Source: Bacilli bacterium (GTDB lineage Bacteria > Bacillota_I > Bacilli_A > RF39 > UBA660). From it: 64,000 nucleotides of DNA. The number at the start of each line of letters is the position of its first letter. Position 1 is the stretch's first letter. Below the pieces are notes generated by a model. The model was not told the origin of the DNA. It was given only the letters and a program-made list of their open reading frames with translations, and made no database searches. Shown one piece after another: positions 23,360-33,693 of the stretch. Position numbers and translations under genes: made by a program. The DNA lies in NCBI GenBank assembly GCA_017612805.1, contig JAGAFD010000002.1, forward strand, positions 287 to 64,286, in the 5' to 3' direction.

Positions 23360-24934
23360 TTATTTTAATTTTATAAAATAGCTTTTATTTCTTAAACTAA
23401 TTACTAAACGAATATCACTACTATTTAAGAAACGTTTATCAACTTGTAAAATGGTGGTATCTTTTAAATCTTTTGGAGTAATATCAATTACATCGGCCAT
23501 TATGTATTTGTCACCATATTTAAAGTATAAACTACCATGATTATTATATAAGATCTTTTTGGTAATAGTTTTAGCATAATAAGATTTTTTATCAGTCTTT
23601 AATTCATCTTTTAATGCAATAATAGCATAGCCAAAACCATAGTTTGAATAATCAGGAGTAACAATTGTTTTACCGTTTTGACTATTATATTCAAAATAAC
23701 CAGTTAAGTTTACTTCAGTTACTTTTAATGATACGCCATCTAAAATTGAATTAGTAAATTCTAATTTTTTATTAATCTTAACTTCATTTACTTTGTTACT
23801 AGTTAATAAGTATTCTGGTTTAATACGAATGGTTTTCTTAGTAGCTACTAAATCATTATGATGAACATTATATTCATTAAAGATTACTAAACTCATTTTT
23901 TTATTAATTTCTTTTTTAGGTATTTCATAAACAATTACATATGTATTAAGAACATGTGGTTTTAATTTTTCACCACGGTATGCAATTCCTAAATCATTAT
24001 AATAATCGCCACGATCATATATTGGATAATAATACTTACCACCAACATCTAGTGTTAAATCTTTTTTAGCTATTTTTAATGAGTTAGTTGTTATATTAGT
24101 AATATCCATACTAATTGCTAAATAATATTTATTTTCAATTAGATTACCACGATAATCCATATTCGTTAAAATACTATTATTAACAGTATAACTAAAGCCA
24201 TTAATATTAACAACTTGCATTTCTTTGTAGGTACGATGATAGATCATAATGTTATAGAAAATAATAGCACCACTAATTACTATTAAAATCGCCCCAATAA
24301 TCGAAATAATAAATTTGTTTTCAAAATAATAATATTTAAATTCACGAAGATATCTTCTTATTTTCCTTTTTAATTTATAATTATCGTGTTCAAAAGTAAT
24401 TTCAACTTCTTCGTTATCTTTTTCTTCAATTTCTAATTCTTTTAAATCTTTATTAAAATCAAATCTTTTTAAATCAAACCCTATACCACGAATCAAACAA
24501 TAAACTAAGAAGAAAAATTGTGGTAAATATAGAATTAAGGAAACATCACGATAAATTCTGACTTTAGTGATTTCCATAATTTCATCTTCTAAACCAGCTA
24601 GGGCACTATAACAGATGGTAAAACCAATAAATAATATTAAGTAATAAATGATTATTCCTAAATATAGACGAATTGATTTTTTCTTGATAATAAATAAATA
24701 TGTAATTATAACAACTACTAATAAAATTAAAATAATTGCTAAGTACATCCAGATATTTATATATTGACTTGCAATGTTATTTGCATAATCGTAAGTTCCA
24801 CTACTAGCAAAGCCATTAAAGAATTTGACAATTTTATTAGATTGAATCAACAAGTATATAATTGGAGCAATTAATAATAAATGGATTAAACGGAAATGTT
24901 TAATTAAAAATGCATAGGGCTTTTTTAATACCAT
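23360..24934 (-). CDS. Polytopic membrane protein with large C-terminal extracytoplasmic beta-rich domain
   Basis: 524 aa. About 6 N-terminal TM helices, an acidic linker, one more TM (IISIIGAILIVISGAIIFYNIMIY), then a roughly 300-aa extracytoplasmic domain. Confidence 0.45.
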   Translation of the reverse strand: MVLKKPYAFLIKHFRLIHLLLIAPIIYLLIQSNKIVKFFNGFASSGTYDYANNIASQYINIWMYLAIILILLVVVIITYLFIIKKKSIRLYLGIIIYYLILFIGFTICYSALAGLEDEIMEITKVRIYRDVSLILYLPQFFFLVYCLIRGIGFDLKRFDFNKDLKELEIEEKDNEEVEITFEHDNYKLKRKIRRYLREFKYYYFENKFIISIIGAILIVISGAIIFYNIMIYHRTYKEMQVVNINGFSYTVNNSILTNMDYRGNLIENKYYLAISMDITNITTNSLKIAKKDLTLDVGGKYYYPIYDRGDYYNDLGIAYRGEKLKPHVLNTYVIVYEIPKKEINKKMSLVIFNEYNVHHNDLVATKKTIRIKPEYLLTSNKVNEVKINKKLEFTNSILDGVSLKVTEVNLTGYFEYNSQNGKTIVTPDYSNYGFGYAIIALKDELKTDKKSYYAKTITKKILYNNHGSLYFKYGDKYIMADVIDITPKDLKDTTILQVDKRFLNSSDIRLVISLRNKSYFIKLK

Positions 24935-24974
24935 ATTAATTCCTCCTTATTCTTCATTATTTATTATAACATAG

Positions 24975-25325
24975 CTATAATTTTTTTTGTACCATTATTT
25001 GGCCAGGTAATAGATAAATAGTTGTATTATTTTTTATTAAATCGTTCATTGAAGTATCAAATGCATTTTTTACTAAATCCAGCGTATCGCCTTCTTTAGT
25101 TATATAATAATTAAAATCTTTTTTAGGAATTAATAAAACATCCCCAGGATAGATATAATCATCTAAATTAATACCATTAATACTAGCTATTAAATTAGGA
25201 TTAGAGTTTACTTTACTAGCAATTTTAGTTAATGTATCACCATTATTAATTAAATATTTGTCGAAATAAATAACTTCATTGCTGGGATTTATTGATCTTT
25301 TATTTTTCTCATATTTAAAAAACAT
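24975..25325 (-). CDS. Tandem LysM-domain protein
   Basis: 116 aa. Two LysM signatures (YFDKYLINNGDTLTKIASKV...NLDDYIYPGDVLLIP and YYITKEGDTLDLVKNAF...LLPGQIM). Confidence 0.65.
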   Translation of the reverse strand: MFFKYEKNKRSINPSNEVIYFDKYLINNGDTLTKIASKVNSNPNLIASINGINLDDYIYPGDVLLIPKKDFNYYITKEGDTLDLVKNAFDTSMNDLIKNNTTIYLLPGQIMVQKKL

Positions 25326-25372
25326 ATTTCAAAGTCTCCTTTACTTTAAAATATGTTTCTATTTTAATTATG

Positions 25373-26488
25373 TTAATAAATTATAATATTATTATTTTTA
25401 TTAAATTGCCATTCACTATAAGATAATACTTTTGTTTCTAAATTATTAGGATCAAAATGATATAAAGTGTCTCCTACTAAATAATAAACTCCTAAATTAT
25501 CTTGATAATTAATTTTATCAATTTTTAAATCACTTACTCTAATTGCTAAATCGTTATATTTCATGTATAAATTATTATCCATAATAAAGTATGTTATTAA
25601 ATAATCATTAAGCCATACTACTTCTTCGTTAATTAGTTTTTTAATAGTCGTTTCTTTTAATCCTTGGTTATAATAAACTGGTGTTTTTAATAAACGATAT
25701 TTTAAATATTCCGGAACAATTTCATATTCTCGTTCATTTTTCTTATCAAGTAAATAAACACTCTTATTATTATTTCCTAAGATCTCACTATTAAATGATA
25801 TTTCTTTATTAACCGATATTTTAGATTCTTTATTCTTCTTCATATCATAAACAATAAATTTTTTAAAATAATATTGATTATCATAATCAGCTATCAAAAT
25901 ATAGTTATCTAGTTTAGTTAATAAAGTTGCATCATATGTATCATTTTTAAATAAACGAATTTCTTTAAAAGAATTATTCTTTTTGATTAAAGTAAAACCA
26001 TGATAATTCCATAAATAATAATTTTTATTTAATAAATTATAAGTGGTTATCTTTTGATGTTTGTTACTTTTTTCTTTAGGTTCTTGATAACCAATTTCCT
26101 TTTTAAATTCATTATCTAATAAATTAGGACTGATAATATTATTATCTTCGTAACAAATAACTTCTAAGTTAAGTCGAGAAGTTGGTTTAATACAAGTAAT
26201 ATTATCTTTTTGATAAGTTTTTATTTTAGTAATATTGGCATGTTCATATTTTTTATCAATGCGTTTATATAAATAATTAATGTTATTAACATTAATGGTT
26301 ATTTCATATAAATCTTTTTTGGTATCGTAAGTTTCTTTTATTTGATATTTATTAACTTGATATTTATTATGGTATATTTTTGGTTTAATTAAATGATAAA
26401 TTACTAATAATACAATTAAAAAAAGAAAAAAGAAAAGACATATAGTTTTTTTTCGAGGTTTCAATAGTCTCTTTTTTCTATTTTTCAT
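25373..26488 (-). CDS. Membrane-anchored hypothetical protein
   Basis: 371 aa. Basic N-terminus, single TM (ICLFFFLFLIVLLVIYHLI), Asn/Tyr/Lys-rich ectodomain. Confidence 0.4.
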   Translation of the reverse strand: MKNRKKRLLKPRKKTICLFFFLFLIVLLVIYHLIKPKIYHNKYQVNKYQIKETYDTKKDLYEITINVNNINYLYKRIDKKYEHANITKIKTYQKDNITCIKPTSRLNLEVICYEDNNIISPNLLDNEFKKEIGYQEPKEKSNKHQKITTYNLLNKNYYLWNYHGFTLIKKNNSFKEIRLFKNDTYDATLLTKLDNYILIADYDNQYYFKKFIVYDMKKNKESKISVNKEISFNSEILGNNNKSVYLLDKKNEREYEIVPEYLKYRLLKTPVYYNQGLKETTIKKLINEEVVWLNDYLITYFIMDNNLYMKYNDLAIRVSDLKIDKINYQDNLGVYYLVGDTLYHFDPNNLETKVLSYSEWQFNKNNNIIIY

Positions 26489-26939
26489 GATCTTTAACCT
26501 TATATTTTTTCTTTTCTTCCATCATAAACTCTGTTACATTAGTTTCAATTTCCGCTAATGAACGTTTGTCTAAGTTAGTTAAGAATACTTCTTCTTTAAT
26601 TGTATCAATTTCTACTTTACCCCAAATAATACCAGAATAAACACTTAAATCATTAAATAAGTCAGGAGTTATTACGGTTAAGAAATAACCAAAAAATACT
26701 CTTTTACGACCAATAATAATACGTTTATTAGTTAATGCTATTACGGATGTTGAAAAGAAATCAAAAAAGTTATTATTTTTTTGACCAACAAATGCATATT
26801 TTACAAATTCACCTGGATTTAAATGGCGTTCAACAATATCCGCATGTTTTCTTACACGCCACCAATAAACTCCACAAGGATATTTTTTGCAGAAAGCTAT
26901 CGCTTTTTCATAAACGCTCATAAAATCACCTAATTTCAT
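26478..26939 (-). CDS. Bacterial PH-domain (YokE/bPH-like) protein
   Basis: 153 aa. ...SVIALTNKRIIIGRKRVFFGYFLTVITPDLFNDLSVYSGIIWGKVEIDT... fits the bacterial pleckstrin-homology fold pattern. Confidence 0.4.
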   Translation of the reverse strand: MKLGDFMSVYEKAIAFCKKYPCGVYWWRVRKHADIVERHLNPGEFVKYAFVGQKNNNFFDFFSTSVIALTNKRIIIGRKRVFFGYFLTVITPDLFNDLSVYSGIIWGKVEIDTIKEEVFLTNLDKRSLAEIETNVTEFMMEEKKKYKVKDHEK

Positions 26940-26973
26940 TATATATTATTTTAATCATTAATTCTAGTTTTTA

Positions 26974-28155
26974 TTAAGAAACAAGGATATTTTTAACCGT
27001 TAAATTATCTTGACTATCATATAAATATACATACCAATTTCCCGTTGATGAGAAAGATTCAGTAAAGGTATATTCTTTTACTTTATCAGAAATATCAATC
27101 CATTCCGCATCATCAGGAAGCGTTGATAATTTAGTTATAAAATATTTTTGTAATCCAACATTATCTTTAAATGTTAAAGTAACATTTCTTCCACTAACTG
27201 TATAAGTAATCGTTGGAACAGTAAATTCAACAACTATTTTTAAATAAGTACGATTATTATAATAATCAACCGCATGAAGATAATAGGTTGCCGCCGTTGT
27301 ATATGGGTCAGATGTTATCTCTTTGGTATCACCACCACTTGGAATATCCGCAGTAGTTAATACTTTATTATAAAACATTGTATATGAAGATGGTTCAGAA
27401 GTTGATTTAGTAATTGTATAACCTTTTAGTTTAAGATCATCTTGAAGGGTTGCTTTTATAACACCCCTTGAAACACTATCTAAAGTAATAACTGGTTTAG
27501 TAGTATCAATATCAGCAGCCGCAACCGTAAATGTTGGATGCGTTGGATTTGCTGAACTAATAATTGCTTGATTACCAAATTGATCTACGGCATGAACATA
27601 ATAAGTACCAGCATATTTTGGTTCATAATATACAGTAGCACTCTTTTTATTAGCAGCAAAATTTGTTGGATTATTCATATTGGTTGGACTGGTATTGATT
27701 TCATATTTACCTAAATAACTGGTATCACTAAAGGTAATTTTTACCATACCATATTGTTTAGTAATAGTTACACTAGGTCCGATAAAATCATAACTACCAT
27801 TATCTTCACTATAGTAGCAAGTTCTTTTACCATTTTCATATTTAACATAAACATTAACACTAGTATCTACTTCTGTTTGGGTTTTAGGATTAACCACATA
27901 ATCTTCAATTAAACCTTCCGAAATAAGCGTTCCTACAGATACAATACATGTTTTATTACCACACTCAGCATTATTTTCGTCTAAGCCAGCATAAACACAT
28001 GCTGCTTTCTCAACACGGGATTTAAATTCTTCATATTCTTTTTCATCTTGACGATTAGATAAAGCAACAACATTATTAACAATTATTAATCCCATGATAG
28101 CAATTAAACCTAAAGTTACTAAAAGTTCTGCTATCGTAAAACCATTTTTTTTCAT
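26974..28155 (-). CDS. Type IV pilin/pseudopilin-like protein with C-terminal Ig-like repeats
   Basis: 393 aa. N-terminus MKKNGFTIAELLVTLGLIAIMGLIIV is a class-III prepilin signal (G|FTIAE, Glu at +5). A Cys-bracketed pilin-like core (CGNKTC...C) and two fn3/Ig-like repeats (TKPVITLDSVSRG..., TVPTITYTVSGRNVTL...). Confidence 0.7.
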   Translation of the reverse strand: MKKNGFTIAELLVTLGLIAIMGLIIVNNVVALSNRQDEKEYEEFKSRVEKAACVYAGLDENNAECGNKTCIVSVGTLISEGLIEDYVVNPKTQTEVDTSVNVYVKYENGKRTCYYSEDNGSYDFIGPSVTITKQYGMVKITFSDTSYLGKYEINTSPTNMNNPTNFAANKKSATVYYEPKYAGTYYVHAVDQFGNQAIISSANPTHPTFTVAAADIDTTKPVITLDSVSRGVIKATLQDDLKLKGYTITKSTSEPSSYTMFYNKVLTTADIPSGGDTKEITSDPYTTAATYYLHAVDYYNNRTYLKIVVEFTVPTITYTVSGRNVTLTFKDNVGLQKYFITKLSTLPDDAEWIDISDKVKEYTFTESFSSTGNWYVYLYDSQDNLTVKNILVS

Positions 28156-28201
28156 ATTCTTGCTACCCTTCTATAATCTATAATAAGTATAAAATTAAAC
28201 C

Positions 28202-28232
28202 AAAATAAAAGCAAGATATAATCTTGCTTTTT
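28202..28232 (-). terminator. Intrinsic terminator/attenuator between the giant pilin-like gene and the downstream pilin-like gene
   Basis: Hairpin gcaaga-tataa-tcttgc (28211-28227), followed on the minus strand by ttttatttt (complement of 28202-28210) and preceded by TTTTT. Lies 9 nt after the stop at 28236. Confidence 0.5.
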
Positions 28233-28235
28233 GTT

Positions 28236-31200
28236 CTATGGACAAACCGTAATACTATAAACTCTGAATCCAATAGTATCCATATAATAAGATGACTCAA
28301 ATTCAATAGCAACCGTTTTATTTCCTTTACCAGTTGAATATTGGAATGTATGAGTAATCTCACCAGTATTATAAGCATTACCATGACCAGCCTTACAGTT
28401 TGGACTATTAGTTCTAGGAGAAACGTTACAGTTACCAGCACAATTGTTTCCATTTGCATCACAATATCCCGTGATACCTAAAGTATGGTAATAAGTCATA
28501 TTTGGACAGTCCCCTTCATTAATAAGTCCGATAGTACCAGCCAATGTTTGTTTTTCATCACCAACTTTTAAGTATAAATAACGAGTTGGATTACATGTAC
28601 CTCCGGTTCCATAATAACTATTAATAGTATTTAATTTAAATTTAATTGTTACGCTACCATAAGTATTAGTATTTATTGTTCCAAAATTCCATACTTGATG
28701 ATGACGTGCATAACATTCAGATTCTGATAAGTCTGAAGTACATACACCATTTAAGGTATGGCTATAATTGGTTCCATTACTACTAAATAAGGTAGTACAA
28801 TTTTTAATCCAGTTCGCCATGTAACTCTTATTACCTTTTGAACCTTTAGCAATTGTAACTGACGAACTTAATGCATTAATTATTTCATTTGTAACCGTTA
28901 CACCATTTGCTTTAGGAATAGCAATTTCAATTCCTGAAGATGTTGCATTACCAACTGCTTGAACAATTGCAACCGCATGGGTACTAGATAATACTGATAC
29001 ACCCCTTAATACAACATTACTTGTGTTGTTTTCATATGCATTAAAGGTAGCTTTATCTAAATTGGTTCCATAAATATCAACTCGATAATAACCAGCATTT
29101 GCTTTATAATATGGTCCATAATAAGTGGTTGAATTATTATTTGGACTAGTTGTTGAATAATTACTTGTTCCAGTTAAATCAACAATCGATATATCAGCTA
29201 AATTCCATGTAGTAGTGATGTTGTCATTAGTTTGTTCCATTTGTACATAAAATCTAGCTTTAGATTTTCCAGCAGGAACAACAACATCTTTATAATATCT
29301 TCCATAACCGTCACTTAAAGTATCCATTAACTGATAATCACCGATATGTCCATCCCAAGCATTACCAGAAGATTGTGCTGTATATACCAATCCACCACGC
29401 ATATTTAGTGATCCCTTAGTTCTTTTAGCCGTAACAAATACACGATATACCCTTCCAGGTGAAACACTAAACTCATTACCTAAAATAGTATCTCTTGTAT
29501 TAGCATTATATGGACTAGAAGTTGTATATGCCGTTAAACCAGTATCAATAACATCGCCGCCAGTCCATCCAACAAATGTATAATTTGCTTTAGTTGGATT
29601 AGCTAAAGTAATATTATTTGATGCGATTGTATAAGTTGATGTATTTGATGCCGAACCACCATCTAAAGTGTAATAAATTCTAAAATTAGTATTAAATGGT
29701 AAACCGACACTAACTCTTGCGTTATCAATAATACCACTATAAGAAGAAGAGCCAACATAAACCTTTCCAGTAGCAGTCTTTATATTCTTAATTTCATAAT
29801 TAGTTCCAGATGGCCATTGAGTACAATAATCAGTAGCACCAGCACGTTTAGATACACCATTAACATATACATCAGCAGTACCAAATCCATCAATGCTTCC
29901 GTTGCTTGAACCATCTAATACTCCGTTTAAATCAAGATAATATAATGGTGACCATACCGCATATAAATTTACAGTTGAACCATTAGATGTAGTTAAGTTT
30001 TTAACGCTTTGTCCATCTTCATATGCATTTGATCCAGACGATACTTTCTTTAATCTAACATTCTTTATAGTTGCTGAACATCCTGGGAATGCTCTAAATA
30101 AAATATATTTTTTAACACTACCATCACCAGTACTAGATAATGTAAATCTTACACTATAGTGTGTATATGAACTAGTTAATGGTATTTGGTTACTTCCATC
30201 AGTGTTTGTTCCAGTACTTCCATTAGAGTTTTGCCAACTAGCTACTCTTAAGTAGTTAGTATCACCATAGAAATAATTAACTAGTTTTCCGCTACCTTTG
30301 ACATCAACATCCAATTGATAAACTTCACCAGCAGCAAATGGAGCTAGGATACCAAATTGTTTAAAATCACTATACCCACTTTCGCTACTACCTTTAGAAC
30401 CAGAATATTCACCAGTATCATATAATTTTGAAGTATCAGATGAAGAAGTTGACCATCCTGTAAAGATATATCCAGAACGAGTATATGTGTTAGCCGTTAA
30501 TGCCTTAGCAGTGTTATATGTCATACTAATATTAGACATTTGGGTACCTTCACCACCGTTAGCATTAAGCTTAACGGTATAAGTAATTGGTTCAAAAGTT
30601 ATCGTACAAGTTGTGTCGGCAGTAACACTAGCTACTTTAGCCGTAGTACCTGATACAGTACATCCTGTACTAACACTCTTATATTTATAACCGGCTTTAG
30701 CACTAAAGGTTGTTGATGCAGTCTCACCATAATTAACTGCTTTACTAGCATCAGTAACACTACCCATGCTAGAGTTATTAACAGCAAAAGTAACAGTATA
30801 TGAATTTATTGTATATTTTTTAGATGTAGTATGATTAGTTATATCATATAATTTTACGGTATAGGTACCAGCAACGTTTTGTTCATAAGTTGTGGTTGAA
30901 GAAGTTCCTGATAAATTAACCGTTTTTATAATATTAGAATCTTTAATAATTTCATATTTTAGTAATCCAGCGGTATCACTAGCAGTTATTGTAGCCGTTT
31001 TTTTACCATCAAATGATACTGATAAAGTTGGTGCTTTATTATCTATGTATACATTGGCTGGACCAGAACAAGTTGTTTTATTACCAGCATAATCCGTGAT
31101 AATATAGCTTGTTAAAAGGTTAGCACTACCATAAGTTTTACCATCATCTGGGAATGCGGCTTCGTATGGTCTAGTTACACATCCTGATCCATTAGCACCA

Positions 31201-32411
31201 TCATCACATTTAACAATAATGGTATGAGCACCAGATTTCCATGTTGTGTTTTGATTTTCATATACACAATTTGGTCCTGTAGTATCAATATTTCCAACAA
31301 CTACACGAGCAGCATTAAGTGACCAGTTACCTACTTTATCAACAGCCCAAATGTAATATGTACCAACTGGTTTTGATACTTCAGCTTTATTAGTACTCTT
31401 CGACTTTAATTGAACGGCATTAGCACTAGTTTTACTACATTGGTGATTAGTTGCTTCGTTATCATAGATACAGAAATAATCAATTCCTGATCCTTGTTTA
31501 TCATTACCAGTAATAAATATCTTTTTATTAGCTTTAGTCCAGTTAGTATCTACACTAGCGGTAACGGTTGGTAATTCTTTATCAATTCTTACTACAAGGT
31601 ATGTAGTTAAAGTTTCATTAATTTTCTTACCAGCATCATCAATATAGTTAACCGTTAATGATATTTTAAATTTAGTATCATTCATAATGGTAGATGTTGA
31701 TACACGATAAACATTTTTATATTCAGTAGCTTGATTATATGAAGTGATGTTATCTAACCAACCAATAGTTGTCCAGTTAGCATCTTTATTAGAATAATTT
31801 TTATTTTCGTTAACAGCATCCCAATTAATATTTACGATTTGTTCATTACGACGTGCATTTAAATTAGCATCAAGAATTTTAAGCTTTAATACAACATCTT
31901 CTTTTACCCAGAAAGTACGATTGTTTTCAACAGTAATCTTAGACCCTTCAGTTAAACTAGAAGCTTTATATGCATCTAATTGAATTAGTTTTTTAACTTT
32001 TAAATCATCTAAGATACATACACCATCTTGGTTTTGAACTTTTTCATCAATAAATTTAGGAATTGGTTTACCATTTTCAAAATCAATTCTTACTTGATAA
32101 CAAGTTATATCGTTACCAAAAGCATCGATAACCTTTGTTCCCGCTTTATTATCTGCTTCGATATAACCATTTTGTAAAAGTGTTTGAACGGTAATTGAGG
32201 TTTGGTCAATATCACTATAAAGGTTATTCTCTGAAGCGTATTTTGAAGCTTGCGTTTCAATATAACTGAAAATATTTTTGTTTTGACGCTTCTTTAATGT
32301 ATTAGAAATAGCTGAGTAAGCAGGGATTGCTATTAGGACCACTATACCTAATATAACAATGGTTGCTAATAACTCAACTAATGTAAAACCTTTATTCTTT
32401 ATTTTCATCAT
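28236..32411 (-). CDS. Giant (1391 aa) type IV pilin-like surface protein with Listeria-Bacteroides repeats and Cys-rich C-terminal domain
   Basis: N-terminus MMKIKNKGFTLVELLATIVILGIVVLIAIPAY is a canonical prepilin leader plus hydrophobic helix. Internal Flg_new-type repeats (TRSGYIFTGW, ANYTFVGW). The last roughly 200 aa contain about 14 Cys. No sortase or LPXTG signal. Confidence 0.75.
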   Translation of the reverse strand: MMKIKNKGFTLVELLATIVILGIVVLIAIPAYSAISNTLKKRQNKNIFSYIETQASKYASENNLYSDIDQTSITVQTLLQNGYIEADNKAGTKVIDAFGNDITCYQVRIDFENGKPIPKFIDEKVQNQDGVCILDDLKVKKLIQLDAYKASSLTEGSKITVENNRTFWVKEDVVLKLKILDANLNARRNEQIVNINWDAVNENKNYSNKDANWTTIGWLDNITSYNQATEYKNVYRVSTSTIMNDTKFKISLTVNYIDDAGKKINETLTTYLVVRIDKELPTVTASVDTNWTKANKKIFITGNDKQGSGIDYFCIYDNEATNHQCSKTSANAVQLKSKSTNKAEVSKPVGTYYIWAVDKVGNWSLNAARVVVGNIDTTGPNCVYENQNTTWKSGAHTIIVKCDDGANGSGCVTRPYEAAFPDDGKTYGSANLLTSYIITDYAGNKTTCSGPANVYIDNKAPTLSVSFDGKKTATITASDTAGLLKYEIIKDSNIIKTVNLSGTSSTTTYEQNVAGTYTVKLYDITNHTTSKKYTINSYTVTFAVNNSSMGSVTDASKAVNYGETASTTFSAKAGYKYKSVSTGCTVSGTTAKVASVTADTTCTITFEPITYTVKLNANGGEGTQMSNISMTYNTAKALTANTYTRSGYIFTGWSTSSSDTSKLYDTGEYSGSKGSSESGYSDFKQFGILAPFAAGEVYQLDVDVKGSGKLVNYFYGDTNYLRVASWQNSNGSTGTNTDGSNQIPLTSSYTHYSVRFTLSSTGDGSVKKYILFRAFPGCSATIKNVRLKKVSSGSNAYEDGQSVKNLTTSNGSTVNLYAVWSPLYYLDLNGVLDGSSNGSIDGFGTADVYVNGVSKRAGATDYCTQWPSGTNYEIKNIKTATGKVYVGSSSYSGIIDNARVSVGLPFNTNFRIYYTLDGGSASNTSTYTIASNNITLANPTKANYTFVGWTGGDVIDTGLTAYTTSSPYNANTRDTILGNEFSVSPGRVYRVFVTAKRTKGSLNMRGGLVYTAQSSGNAWDGHIGDYQLMDTLSDGYGRYYKDVVVPAGKSKARFYVQMEQTNDNITTTWNLADISIVDLTGTSNYSTTSPNNNSTTYYGPYYKANAGYYRVDIYGTNLDKATFNAYENNTSNVVLRGVSVLSSTHAVAIVQAVGNATSSGIEIAIPKANGVTVTNEIINALSSSVTIAKGSKGNKSYMANWIKNCTTLFSSNGTNYSHTLNGVCTSDLSESECYARHHQVWNFGTINTNTYGSVTIKFKLNTINSYYGTGGTCNPTRYLYLKVGDEKQTLAGTIGLINEGDCPNMTYYHTLGITGYCDANGNNCAGNCNVSPRTNSPNCKAGHGNAYNTGEITHTFQYSTGKGNKTVAIEFESSYYMDTIGFRVYSITVCP

Positions 32412-32449
32412 ATTATCACTATCCTATTCCATTATAAAATATTATTAAC

Positions 32450-32475
32450 AAAAAAACAATTCTTTTAGAATTGTT
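32450..32475 (-). terminator. Intrinsic terminator after the M23 peptidase gene
   Basis: Hairpin aacaattc-tttta-gaattgtt (8-bp stem, 32455-32475), directly after the stop at 32476 and followed on the minus strand by T7 (complement of 32450-32456). Confidence 0.55.
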
Positions 32476-33693
32476 TTAATATCTTCGATAGAACCATGTT
32501 CCACGTGCTGGGAAATATTTACCAGGATCAATCATATTTGCTTTAAATTTTGAGAATGATGAATAACCATTTGCTCCACCACCTAAATAATAACCTTTAG
32601 ATATTGAGTAATGTAAATGTACCCCAGTAGAACACGTATCCCAACCACCATTTTTCTTTAATGTTGAACCAGCGCCACCAACATAACCAATTACACTTTG
32701 GTTAGTTACAGTATCACCTACTTTAACATTAACGCTTAGTAAATGGGCATATTGAGTAGTATAAGCAACGCCATTAACGTTATGATGAATATAAACGATG
32801 TTACCACCACATGAACTTTTTAAAGTTACTGCAGCAACCATTCCGTTAGCAGCTGAATATACTTTAACACCCATCGAAGTTGTTGATAAGTCAATGCCGT
32901 AGTGGAAAGAAGAGGTCTTTCCAGTTAAAGGATTAACACGCATACCAAATGGTGATGTTACAACACCTTTTTCAAGCGGTCTAATTAATGTAGAAGAAGC
33001 TAGTACTTTAACACAGTCAGATAATAATTGGGTATCCGAAGTACATATACTCTTATAGTACTTAATTAACGCTTCTTGGTTTTTAATTTGTTCATTAATA
33101 TCATCACCAACATCTTCAAGTTCATCCATATAATTATCTAGCGCTACTATTGCATTACTATAATTATTAATGGCCACATCTAGTTGGTTTTGTTTTTCTC
33201 TTAGTTCTTCTTTTAAACGTTGATTTTCAATTATTAAATCATTTAAGGTTTGTAATTGATCTTGATTATAACTAGTTATCAATGATATAGCCTTACTACG
33301 CATTGACATATCAGCAATACTTTCTGCAGCCATTAAATATTCTAAATAAATATTCTCGTTACTAGTTAATTCATTAAATTTTAATATTTCAGCAGTTTCA
33401 CCTTTAGTTTTTTCGATACTTGCTTCACATTCAGCTATTTTATTAGTTGCTGCATTAATGTCATTTTCTGCTTGTTGTTTTTCATTATAAGCATTATAGA
33501 TAGCTTGTTTCTTTTGATTAATTGAACTTCTCGTTGCATTTTTATTTTGAACATTAATATTTTTTTGCCTTTTTAGTTCTTCTAATTCGGCATTTAATTC
33601 TTTAATGTTTTTCGCTTTTGAATCTGCTTTAATATTAAGAGGAACTAAAATTACAACTAAAATTACTAAGATTGTTACAACTTTATTTCTCAT
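32476..33693 (-). CDS. M23 (LytM-type) metallopeptidase with N-terminal coiled coil (EnvC-like, FtsEX-associated)
   Basis: 405 aa. Signal peptide, roughly 200-aa coiled coil, C-terminal M23 motifs (HYGIDL, ...GGNIVYIHH..., HLHYSI). Start overlaps the ftsX stop by 4 nt. Confidence 0.8.
   Translation of the reverse strand: MRNKVVTILVILVVILVPLNIKADSKAKNIKELNAELEELKRQKNINVQNKNATRSSINQKKQAIYNAYNEKQQAENDINAATNKIAECEASIEKTKGETAEILKFNELTSNENIYLEYLMAAESIADMSMRSKAISLITSYNQDQLQTLNDLIIENQRLKEELREKQNQLDVAINNYSNAIVALDNYMDELEDVGDDINEQIKNQEALIKYYKSICTSDTQLLSDCVKVLASSTLIRPLEKGVVTSPFGMRVNPLTGKTSSFHYGIDLSTTSMGVKVYSAANGMVAAVTLKSSCGGNIVYIHHNVNGVAYTTQYAHLLSVNVKVGDTVTNQSVIGYVGGAGSTLKKNGGWDTCSTGVHLHYSISKGYYLGGGANGYSSFSKFKANMIDPGKYFPARGTWFYRRY

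Noticed and set aside
28178-28462. 94-aa minus-strand ORF overlapping the 3' end of the giant pilin-like gene
   Set aside because: Alternative frame over the giant protein's C-terminus plus the terminator hairpin; hydrophobic low-complexity product. The giant ORF's frame is supported by its Cys-rich domain.
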